Shown here: positions 1 through 8,317 of the stretch, in pieces
How positions within the stretch are numbered: position 1 is the first letter of the stretch
Layout of the letters: every line of letters starts with the position of its first letter
DNA from: an uncultured Chloroflexia bacterium
Lineage (GTDB): Bacteria > Chloroflexota > Limnocylindria > Limnocylindrales > CSP1-4
DNA: 64,000 nt
Assembly: GCA_963768655.1 (NCBI GenBank)
Contig: CAVYIM010000005.1
Span: 320,001 to 384,000, forward strand
Reading direction: 5' to 3'
The notes under the pieces: model-generated
What the model was told of the DNA's origin: nothing
What the model saw: only the letters and a program-made list of their open reading frames with translations
Database searches by the model: none
Position numbers and translations under genes: made by a program

Positions 1-450
1 GACGTTCTCGTGCTCGACGAGCCGTTCGCCGGGCTCGACCCGGTCGCCGTCGACGTGATGGCTGACGTGCTCCGCGAACGGGCCGACGCAGGAGTCCCCG
101 TCATCTTCTCGAGCCATGAACTCGAGCTCGTCGAGCGGATCTGCGACCGCGTCGGCATCATCGATCGCGGCAAGATGGTCGCCTGCGGCACCGTGGACGA
201 ACTCCGGGCCGGGGGGCAGGAGCGCCGCTGGGTCGACGTCCCCGGGGCCCCGGGCGACTGGGAAGCCGGCCTCCTGGGCGTCCGGCTCGTGCGGACCGAC
301 GGCACGCGGCGGCTCTTCGAGCTGGATCCGGGCGTCGACGATCAGGCGCTGCTCCAGGCGGGGTTGAACACCGGCCCGGTACGCGAGTTCGAGCGTGTCG
401 AGCCCACCCTGGGCGAGATCTTCCGGACGGTCATCGAGGAGGCAGCATGA
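1..450 (+). CDS. ABC transporter ATP-binding protein, C-terminal part (5' truncated by window)
   Basis: Walker B/D-loop VLVLDEPFAGLDP and H-loop VIFSSH; stop overlaps the permease start (ATGA). Confidence 0.9.
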   Translation, partial: DVLVLDEPFAGLDPVAVDVMADVLRERADAGVPVIFSSHELELVERICDRVGIIDRGKMVACGTVDELRAGGQERRWVDVPGAPGDWEAGLLGVRLVRTDGTRRLFELDPGVDDQALLQAGLNTGPVREFERVEPTLGEIFRTVIEEAA

Positions 451-1634
451 ACCCGCGATCTTTGAGTTCAGGAACGCGCCGCCTGCCGGCCACCGTCCTC
501 GTCGCTCGCCGCGAGGTCCGCATGCGTCTGCGCTCGCGGGTCTTCGTTGGCGGCACCATCGTAATGACCGTCCTCGTCGTGGTCGGCATCATTGCGGCGG
601 CGCTGCTCGCCGGCAAGACCAACCCGGTTCGGGTGGGCTTCAGCGGCGGATCGCAGGCGCTCGAGCCGACCTTCACGGCGACGGCCGCTGCCCTGGGTGT
701 GCCAGTGACAGTCAGCGACATCGCCGACGTCACTGCCGGGGAGGCGCAGGTAACGGCGGGCACGCTCGACGTGCTCGTCATCGGGTCGTCGACCGCGCCG
801 ACGGCCGTGGCGAACGATGCGGTCCCATCGAGCGTCGAGTCCGCCCTATCGCTGACCGCAGAGGCCGCCCGTCTTTCCGACGCCGGCCTCTCACCGACGG
901 CCGTCAAGTCGGCCATGGCCCTGGTGCCGGTCCAGCTTCTGGCGCCCCCCAATCCCAAAGACACCCAGAACCTGTTAGCCAGCCTGGCCCTGGGAATAAT
1001 CCTCTGGATCGCGCTCGGCCAGTACGGGAATATGGTGGCCCAGGGCGTGGTCGAGGAGAAGGCGACGCGGATCATGGAGATCCTGCTCGCCACGATCCAG
1101 CCGAGCCGCCTGCTCGCAGGCAAGGTCATCGGGGTCGGCCTCGTCGGTCTCCTGCAGGTCACGATCGTGGGCGCGGCCGCGCTCGTGGCGGTCCACGTGA
1201 CCAATATCGCTGCGATCCCGGCCCTGGACGTGGCCTCGATCCTGGCCGATATCTTGTGGTTCCTGCTCGGATTCCTCTTCTATGCCACTGCCTACGCTGC
1301 GGTCGCCTCCCTCGTCTCGCGCCAGGAGGAGATCCAGAGCGCGGTCGCCCCGATCTCGATCTTCCAGATCGCGGGGTACCTGCTCATGTACGCCGCGCTG
1401 CCGAATCCGAGCGGCCCCCTGGCCACGGCGTGCTCGCTGTTTCCGCCGTTCGCCCCAATCGTCATGGCCGTGCGGATGGCGAGCAGCGACGTGCCGGTCT
1501 GGCAGGTCGGCCTGGCGATAGCGCTAATCGTTGCATCCATCGTCGGCCTGACCTGGCTGGCCGGCCGCATCTACACCAACGCAGCCATGCGCATCGGGGC
1601 CCGGGTACGGTTCATGGATGCGTTTCGTGGGTAA
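447..1634 (+). CDS. ABC-2 type exporter permease
   Basis: Multi-TM protein with the GVVEEKATRIMEILL motif; coupled to the ATPase. Confidence 0.9.
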   Translation: MNPRSLSSGTRRLPATVLVARREVRMRLRSRVFVGGTIVMTVLVVVGIIAAALLAGKTNPVRVGFSGGSQALEPTFTATAAALGVPVTVSDIADVTAGEAQVTAGTLDVLVIGSSTAPTAVANDAVPSSVESALSLTAEAARLSDAGLSPTAVKSAMALVPVQLLAPPNPKDTQNLLASLALGIILWIALGQYGNMVAQGVVEEKATRIMEILLATIQPSRLLAGKVIGVGLVGLLQVTIVGAAALVAVHVTNIAAIPALDVASILADILWFLLGFLFYATAYAAVASLVSRQEEIQSAVAPISIFQIAGYLLMYAALPNPSGPLATACSLFPPFAPIVMAVRMASSDVPVWQVGLAIALIVASIVGLTWLAGRIYTNAAMRIGARVRFMDAFRG

Positions 1635-1698
1635 CGCTCGCAGTCAGGTCCAGCATGTTCAGGCCCCATCGGGCCGATAGATCGGAAGGAACAAGGCA

Positions 1699-1863
1699 AT
1701 GTCCCGTGGGACTCATCCACTGGCGGCCCTGTTGGCGGTCGTCTCCGCGATCCTCATCGTGTTCGGCCGGGTCAACAAGAACAGGTGGTGGGGCAACTGG
1801 GTCGCGGTCGCCGGGTTCGCGGTGCTCGTCATGGCCGCCCTCGTCTTCCTTGTAGAAAGGTGA
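1699..1863 (+). CDS. Small 2-TM membrane protein, 54 aa (MSRGTHPLAALLAVVSAILIVFGRVNKNRWWGNWVAVAGFAVLVMAALVFLVER)
   Basis: Translated by hand; RBS GGAAGGA; frame conserved in the paralog at 2073. Confidence 0.75.
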   Translation: MSRGTHPLAALLAVVSAILIVFGRVNKNRWWGNWVAVAGFAVLVMAALVFLVER

Positions 1864-2072
1864 CGGAAACGACCTCTCCGGTGCGACCAGTGGCCGTAGC
1901 GCTGACCCTGGCCCGCATCGGCGGCCTGACCTGGCTGGCCCGCCGCATGTACACCAACGCAGCCATGCGCATAGGGGCCCGGGTGCGGTTCATGGATGCG
2001 TTCCGTGGGTAACGCTTGCAGCTGGGTACAGTACGTTCAGGCCCGATCGGGCCGACAGATCGGAGGAACTAG

Positions 2073-2249
2073 ATGCCGTCTCGTGTGATGGCCCATCCAT
2101 TCTTGACCCTGATGGCGGTGGTTTCCGCGATCCTCATCGTGGTCGGCCGGGTCAACCGCGACATGTGGTGGGGCAACTGGGTCTTTGTCGCCGGAATCGC
2201 GGTCCTCGTGGTTGCAGGCGCCCTCTTCCTCCTCCTGACCAAACGGTGA
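2073..2249 (+). CDS. Small 2-TM membrane protein paralog, 58 aa (MPSRVMAHPFLTLMAVVSAILIVVGRVNRDMWWGNWVFVAGIAVLVVAGALFLLLTKR)
   Basis: RBS GGAGGA; shares HP..L.AVVSAILIV.GRVN...WWGNWV with 1699-1863. Confidence 0.75.
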   Translation: MPSRVMAHPFLTLMAVVSAILIVVGRVNRDMWWGNWVFVAGIAVLVVAGALFLLLTKR

Positions 2250-2579
2250 TCGAAACGACCTCGTTTCGGCCCGACGCGCACCCGACATTGGCCAGCACGG
2301 GCGCAAGCCCTTCAGCTGAGCTTCCCTTTTGGAGCGCCTCTCCGCCGCCGGTCGCATCAGGGTGACCCGGGGTCTGGGGGCGGTCCAGATCGCATCGTGG
2401 GCCTGATCGCCTGTCTTCCCGAGGTACGCGATCACCGCCCTACGGTGGCTTCGTCGCAAGCGTGGTCGTCTAGGAAGCGTCGACCCGCATCGTCCCCGCC
2501 AACTCAAGCGCGTGTCCAATGTCCAGGAGCCACGGCCGAGGCTACCGTGAAGGACAGGCAGCTTGCCTGCTCGGATGAA

Positions 2580-2595
2580 TGGCTCCGGCGGTAGG
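2580..2595 (-). repeat. att-like copy of the tRNA-Asn 3' end
   Basis: TGGCTCCGGCGGTAGG is identical to 8072-8087. Confidence 0.8.
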
Positions 2596-2884
2596 GAGCC
2601 GGATGTCGCCTACGAGATTGCGTCCACTCTTCGTCCGGGGTAACCCTCCCCGCCTCACTCGCTCTCGCGAATGGCTCGCCGACGCGCTTTTGGAATGCGC
2701 CATCGGCCACCAGTCCCACGTGGGTCGCCTTCGCAACGACATTGCGCGGATTGCCGAACGGTTCTCGAGCGAACCCGGAGTCGCGAGGCGGTCGCGGCGC
2801 GACGTCGCGCGGGCCAACGCATCTCGCAGACCTGAACGTCTGGGTTGGATGGCGACGCATCGACGATGCGTGAATCGAATCCGC

Positions 2885-3397
2885 TCACCCGAGGTCAGGC
2901 CGGGGCTTCTCGATCGCCTCGGGAATCATCACAGACCTCGCCGACAGGATCGGCGCGGCGAGCCTCTCGTCGCCCTCGATGTCGGCTAGTGCGTAAGTCT
3001 CCTCGGTCGACCCGAAGTTGAACAGCGAACGCCAGGCCTCATGGACATCCATTGAGACCGCGGCGACGGGCCGGTCGGCGGCCCCGTCGAGCAGGACCCA
3101 GCCGGCGGCCCCGCGCGTGACCGTCCACGCATGGGCCCAATCGCCCCGGACGCGGAGCACGAGCGACGTGCCAGGCGTGGCTTCCACCTCAGCGTAGGCG
3201 CGTCGGAGGGCGAGCACCGAGAGCCGCAGGATCGGCTCGACCCACCGGCGGCCGGTCAGGCCGGAGCGCCGACGGCGTCGCGGACCCGCATCTGGTGGTG
3301 CCAGCGCTCCGTGAACTGGAGGGCAATTCAACTCACGGTGGAGTGGGCGGAAGAGCCGGGTCGTGTGGACCGGTTGGACTACCCGCAAGGTAGCCAT
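2885..3397 (-). pseudogene. Mycothiol maleylpyruvate isomerase (MDMPI)-like protein remnant with internal deletion
   Basis: ATG overlaps the S66 stop (TGATG); N-terminal LFRPLHREL and C-terminal GDERLAAPILSARSVM are retained, the middle is missing. Confidence 0.5.
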
Positions 3398-4447
3398 CAG
3401 TAGGTAACCCAGATGCGCCGATTGACCCCGTCCATTCGGATCCGGCCGCCGATGGGGACGATCAACTGCGGGTCGGTGTGCCCGAAGTCCACGTTGAACA
3501 CGATGGGCGCGTTGGGCGCATAGCGAGAGACGGCGGTGATGACCGATGCCTCGAATTCCAGGCGCGTAGGCAGCCCGGTTCTCCAGAACGCGCGCGGCAG
3601 CCGTCATGGGACGACCCACGAGCACCGCGGCGAAGCGACCGAGGATCCCGCGTTCGCCAAACGACTGGAGCGCGTAGCCAACCTCAGCAGGCGTGGGCAT
3701 CTCCTCCGAGGTCTCCATCACGAAGATGCAGCCTTCGTATGCATCCGGCGCCGCGATTTCTCGATCCGCAATCGCCATCAACGTCAGCACGTCGAAACAG
3801 CCGCCCCAGGTCGTCCCCTCGACGACGCGATCCGCGTTGTGCCACTTCCAGCCTTCGGCGGGCTTCATATTCGGCTCGCGTTCGAACGTCGCGGGTTCGG
3901 CCCAGTCGCTGTCCTCGTCGCGCCAGGTCGTTGCCGCGGTCAGCTCGTATTCGCCGCTCGTGAACAGCGCGGTGCGTAGCGATTCGGTCGAAAGCGGGTG
4001 GAGCGCGCCGGGCCGGCCGAGGTGGTACATCACTGAGCCGCCGTAGTAGCCGACGATGCCCGTGTTCCACAGGTAGACGAGGAGGTTGGTGTTGTCGCTA
4101 TAGCCGAAGAACGGCTTGGGGTTGGCGGCAATCAAACCGCGGTCGAGGTGCGGCAGGATCCGGATCTCGTCGGCGCCGCCGATGGAGGTCATTACGGCCT
4201 TGATCGACGGGTCGGCGAAGGCCGCCATGACATCCCGAGCCCGATTGCGCGGATCGGCGCCCATCTGCCTGGTGGTCGGGTACTCGACCGGCACGAGGCC
4301 GAGGTCCTCGCGCAGCCTCCGCAGCCCCAACTCAAACGGCAGCGGCAGTTTGCCCGGCAAGCCACTCGCCGGAGACAGGATCGCAACTCGATCCCCCGGC
4401 ACCGGCTTGGACGGGTACGTGAGCACCTTGGCCGACTGAGTTGTCAT
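3397..4447 (-). CDS. S66 family LD-carboxypeptidase / MccF-like peptidase (frameshift near 3560)
   Basis: VAILSPAS, SIGG and catalytic GYSDNT; the FNVDFGHTDP C-terminus is in another frame, ending at TGA 3397. Confidence 0.85.
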
Positions 4448-4490
4448 AGGCTCCCCTCGCTTCTCAAGCACTTGCCTCATCGATGTCCCC

Positions 4491-5837
4491 TCAGCTGCTG
4501 AAATCCGGCTGGGCGAGCCGGAACTCCTCGAGCACCCTCCACGAGCGCGGTTCGCGCCTGCCTGCCATAAGCAGGATCCGGTCGGCGGTATCCCTCAGCG
4601 GCAATCGCCCGATGAGCGCAGCCTCGGCCGCCCGCAGCTCGTCGACCGAAGCGAGCCCTTCCGCCGCCTCGCTGCTGTCGACCGTGAGGTGCGGGATGAT
4701 CGTCTCAAACGCGCCTCCATAGGGCTGCCATTGCGGGTACGCGGCCACCACCGCCTCGGTCATGGCGACAAACGGACCCGAGTCCTCCGGGGCGAGCCAA
4801 AGGACATCATTGCCAAACCATCGGATACACCGGAACTCCACCGCAAACGGCCGGTGTGCTGCAAACAGCCGTCGGAGCCGAGAGATCACTGTGGTGTCGA
4901 TCTGGTCCACCGGGCCGAAGGGATAGAGCAGGGTCACGTGCGCCGGCAGCCCGAACTCGACTGCCGGGTCGAGGTGGCGCAGGTCGTCGATCTGCTGGTC
5001 AACCTGGTTCATCGGCACGAGCAGCGCGGTGAATTCCATTTGGTGGGTACTCCGCGGGGGCGACGAGGGCATGTCCTGGCTGATGGTCAGGATCGCGTCA
5101 CCAACGAGGGCGACAAACGACGCGGCGGCCCCGGTCACTCTATCGTCCGCGAGGCCCAAGCGCCCGCCCGACAGCCGGCAGCGTTCCGCCTCATCGATGA
5201 GCCAGGCCCACTCCGGCATCCACGAGCGAACCAGGGCCGCGCCCTCCTGTTTGGAACAGGGCCTGTCGTTCCGGATTGTCGCGAGCGCCCGACACATCGT
5301 CAGCACGCAATAGGCACGGTTGCCCGGCGTCGCACTCGGCAGATTTCGAGACCGCACCTCGTCCGCGTAGCGCCGGATCTCTGTGAGGAAGTCCGTCCAA
5401 GACACCGGTGGAATCGTATCGGCGGGCGGTGGCCCGAATAGCGTGACGCCGGTCTCGCGTACCAGGTAGAAGTTGTTGATCCACAGTTCAACGCCATCGC
5501 GCAGGTGAAATGGTTCGCCGGGGCTGATGACTCCGAGCCCTCCGCCGGACCGAAAGTGGGTCAGCGTGTCCCGTCCCACATACACGAGCTCGAGCCGGTC
5601 GTCCCATTCGGGATGACGCTTCACGAACTCCGAATGGAGGGCCTCGAGCCGTTCGGCAACGGCGGCGTCCAGATCGCGTTGTGTCACTACCAGCAAGTCA
5701 ATGTCACTGACATCCGCGACGAAGCCGCCGACGGCCGCCGAGCCATACAGATACACCGCGACCAGGTCAGATCCGAGGGCGGACTGAAGCCCGTTCGTCA
5801 AAACCTGTCCAAGGGCGGCGGGGAGTCGATCGGACAT
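4491..5837 (-). CDS. AadA/ANT-like nucleotidyltransferase (DUF4111-type C-lobe) fused to a 2H phosphoesterase (2'-5' RNA ligase family)
   Basis: YGS...SDIDLLVV NTase motif; two HxT motifs (AHVT, PHLT) in the C-terminal ~180 aa. Confidence 0.8.
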   Translation of the reverse strand: MSDRLPAALGQVLTNGLQSALGSDLVAVYLYGSAAVGGFVADVSDIDLLVVTQRDLDAAVAERLEALHSEFVKRHPEWDDRLELVYVGRDTLTHFRSGGGLGVISPGEPFHLRDGVELWINNFYLVRETGVTLFGPPPADTIPPVSWTDFLTEIRRYADEVRSRNLPSATPGNRAYCVLTMCRALATIRNDRPCSKQEGAALVRSWMPEWAWLIDEAERCRLSGGRLGLADDRVTGAAASFVALVGDAILTISQDMPSSPPRSTHQMEFTALLVPMNQVDQQIDDLRHLDPAVEFGLPAHVTLLYPFGPVDQIDTTVISRLRRLFAAHRPFAVEFRCIRWFGNDVLWLAPEDSGPFVAMTEAVVAAYPQWQPYGGAFETIIPHLTVDSSEAAEGLASVDELRAAEAALIGRLPLRDTADRILLMAGRREPRSWRVLEEFRLAQPDFSS

Positions 5838-6991
5838 TACGAAGCCTCCTCGGTTGGATGCCCGTAGACAACGAGGATGTGCCACAGGTCCTTGAGACGG
5901 GTCAAGGCATCTTCCGAGTCGCGCCAGGGCTGCCACGCGCCTGTGTCGTTGACGACGGAAACAGCGGCCCAGCCGAGGACCCTCGCGTCCAGATGCCGTC
6001 CGTGGGTTGGGAAGCGGTCGACCACCGTCCGAGCGAACGCCGCCGCACGACCGGCGGCACAGAACGCCGCCCAACGCCTCGGCTCCGGAACCGGTGGCTC
6101 TTCGAGCGGGACCTCGTCAACGGTGAGCTGGCTGCCGGCATTCCAACTTACCCCAACCTGGTAGCGCTCGGCAGTGTCAAGGAGAGCGTCACCCGTCGCC
6201 GACCCAAGGAACGAAGGATCGATGACCATCTCCGCGACGTCGTCATGGAGGGTGACTGGGCCGTGTATCTGGGACTCCAGGAAGGCGTCGAGCGCGTGGC
6301 TCATGACGGGCGCGAGCCGCGGTCGCTCGGGATTGAGCAGGCGCTCGACAAGCGTTGGGACGGTCAGCGGCCGGCCCAGGTCGTCGCCCTTCGCCACCCG
6401 CTCCAAGAGTCCGGCGAGCACGGGTTCCAGCCGATCGACGACACCACCGTCATCGGGCAACGTCACGCTGTCGCCAACGAAGAACGTTGTGCGGGTGAGG
6501 CTCGCCGGTCCCAGCCGGAGGTGGCAGGAACCGAATCGTGGACACGCACCGTTGGCGAGCTGCAGAACATCGAGGCCGCCATAGCGCGGGCGTTCCGCGG
6601 CGCCGACGCCTGCAGCTTGATAGGCCGCGCCGAAGAGCCGATCCTCCCATCGGTCGCGCTCTCCGCCGGGACGTGCGGTGAGGCCGCCATTCGAGATACC
6701 CGTCTCGAACTGGCTTCGGTAGATCCCATCGGCCAGCAGGACCTCCGCCACCGATCGGCCGTCGCCGGCGATCCGATCGGGATGGAAGTTGATCGTCAAC
6801 GTCGCGACACGGCGAAGACCCGCACAGAGCTCGCCGATATCGGCCGAGAGCCCGGCATCTCCCAGCGCGCTTCGAATTCGGTCCTCGTCACGGCGGCGGT
6901 TTCGTTCCGCCTGGGCACGCACGTGGGCGAGCGCAGCTCGGTTTGCGGGGCTCGACCTGGACCCGGATCCGAACGTTGTTTCCTCGTCCAC
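5837..6991 (-). CDS. DUF3626-family protein
   Basis: Motifs TINFHPDR, YRSQFETGISNGG, RPRYGGL, RFGSCHLRL, ESQIHG; stop overlaps the next ATG (TAATG). Confidence 0.8.
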   Translation of the reverse strand: MDEETTFGSGSRSSPANRAALAHVRAQAERNRRRDEDRIRSALGDAGLSADIGELCAGLRRVATLTINFHPDRIAGDGRSVAEVLLADGIYRSQFETGISNGGLTARPGGERDRWEDRLFGAAYQAAGVGAAERPRYGGLDVLQLANGACPRFGSCHLRLGPASLTRTTFFVGDSVTLPDDGGVVDRLEPVLAGLLERVAKGDDLGRPLTVPTLVERLLNPERPRLAPVMSHALDAFLESQIHGPVTLHDDVAEMVIDPSFLGSATGDALLDTAERYQVGVSWNAGSQLTVDEVPLEEPPVPEPRRWAAFCAAGRAAAFARTVVDRFPTHGRHLDARVLGWAAVSVVNDTGAWQPWRDSEDALTRLKDLWHILVVYGHPTEEAS

Positions 6992-7264
6992 GATGCAATC
7001 ATGCCCCGGCGTTGCCCGCGGCGGTACTCGCTGATGAAACTCGACTGGCAGCACCACTTCCCGTCCTCCTCGTCCAGCCGTGAAGCGGTGGCACGCCGGG
7101 GGCGACATTCTCCGTAAGGGAGGTGGACGTCGACGAACACGCATGGTTCTCCGCGAAGCTTCGGGGGACAGGCTGCGGAGACCGCTTCGACGCCGATCTA
7201 GACAGCGGGCCGGAGAGGAGAGTACGAACTCCTGCGTGATGACTGATCAATGGCACCCACGCCC

Positions 7265-7294
7265 TTGACCACCCGAATAGACTAGTCTTAGACC
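7265..7294 (+). promoter_or_regulatory. Putative TA promoter with palindromic operator
   Basis: TTGACC-N18-TAGACC with the perfect palindrome AGACTAGTCT (7279-7288) in the spacer. Confidence 0.5.
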
Positions 7295-7315
7295 AGCTGA
7301 CAGGAGTTTAGTGAC

Positions 7316-7558
7316 ATGCGCCAGGTCGGGGCCTACGAGGCCAAGACTAATCTTCCCCGACTGCTCGACGAGGTTGCCTCCAGCGGGGAACCAATCGCCA
7401 TCACCAAGCACGGAGTCGCGGTGGCAGTGCTCGGCCCCGCGTCTACGCGCGCGAACTTGACGGCGAGCGAGGCGATTGCCGGCTTGCGTGCCTTCCGAGA
7501 CGGCCATCGATTGGACGGGCTTTCGCTTCGTGAGCTCATCGACGAGGGCCGGCGGTGA
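7316..7558 (+). CDS. Phd/YefM family antitoxin
   Basis: VGAYEAKTNLPRLLDEV..GEPIAITKHG; RBS AGGAG. Confidence 0.92.
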   Translation: MRQVGAYEAKTNLPRLLDEVASSGEPIAITKHGVAVAVLGPASTRANLTASEAIAGLRAFRDGHRLDGLSLRELIDEGRR

Positions 7559-7965
7559 GCTTCGTCATCGACGCCTCGGTGGCTCTCGCATGGTGTTTCG
7601 CCGACGAAGTCTCTCCCGTCGCGGACGCGGCCCTGGGTCGGCTCACCAACGAGGAAGCGCTCGTTCCCTCCATCTGGCCGCTCGAGGTCGCCAACGCCCT
7701 CAGGACGGCCGAGCGCCGCGGCCGTCTCGATCTGGCCGATCTCGCACGCATCCGCGAGCTGCTGATTTCTCTGCCGATCCAGATCGAGGCAATCGACCTG
7801 GACCTGGCTCTGGGTGAGGTCTCCGATCTCGCGCGCAACCTGAACCTGACCGCCTACGACGCTGCCTACCTGACCCTGGCCGCTAGGCGCGGGCTCGTCC
7901 TGGCTACGGTCGACGAGAGTCTCAAGAGAGCCTGCAATTCGGCCGGCGTCAAGCTCGTCGAGTAG
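7555..7965 (+). CDS. vapC: VapC PIN-domain toxin
   Basis: FVIDASVALAW, EVANAL, YDAAYL, TVD; overlaps the antitoxin stop. Confidence 0.92.
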   Translation: MSFVIDASVALAWCFADEVSPVADAALGRLTNEEALVPSIWPLEVANALRTAERRGRLDLADLARIRELLISLPIQIEAIDLDLALGEVSDLARNLNLTAYDAAYLTLAARRGLVLATVDESLKRACNSAGVKLVE

Positions 7966-8071
7966 GTCGGGCAGCCAGTACGGAGGGTTTTCGCCTGGGC
8001 GGATTCCGCAAGGCCATCCAGGCAACGACGCGAGCCGACCGGGCGGATAGCCGCAATTCCAACCGAGTGAT

Positions 8072-8146
8072 TGGCTCCGGCGGTAGGATTCGAACCTACG
8101 GCCAAGCGGTTAACAGCCGCCCGCTCTACCACTGAGCTACGCCGGA
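8072..8146 (-). tRNA. tRNA-Asn (GTT)
   Basis: Minus strand reads TCCGGCGTAGCTCAGTGGTAGAGC...CTGTTAA...GGTTCGAATCC...GGAGCCA; cloverleaf with encoded CCA. Confidence 0.97.
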
Positions 8147-8317
8147 GCGAGTCGATCGCCAAAGCGATCGACTCAGGCGATCGCTCGCGATCCGTGGCGC
8201 CGTCGCGGCGCCGCGCGACAGAATAGCACGGCACCGCCCGGCCGTTACGGGTGCGTGGCGCACCGGTTGGGGCGGCCAATCGAGGCCCACGTGCGGGCCA
8301 TCCCACCAGGAGGACCA

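Larger units (their letters stand above)
1513..2262 (+). repeat. Diverged tandem duplication (period about 378 bp): permease 3' end + spacer + small membrane-protein gene
   Basis: 1513-1876 aligns with 1891-2262; YTNAAMRIGARVRFMDAFRG* is encoded twice. Confidence 0.9.
2580..8087. mobile_element. About 5.5-kb genomic islet at the tRNA-Asn 3' end; no integrase visible
   Basis: 16-bp direct repeats; accessory cargo including a TA pair. Confidence 0.7.

Noticed and set aside
2885-4480. 531-aa S66 peptidase-MDMPI fusion in the ORF track
   Set aside because: Created by a frameshift near 3560; the true S66 C-terminus is in another frame and ends at 3397.
7000-7260. Possible integrase remnant inside the tRNA islet
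   Set aside because: No tyrosine or serine recombinase motifs could be recognised.
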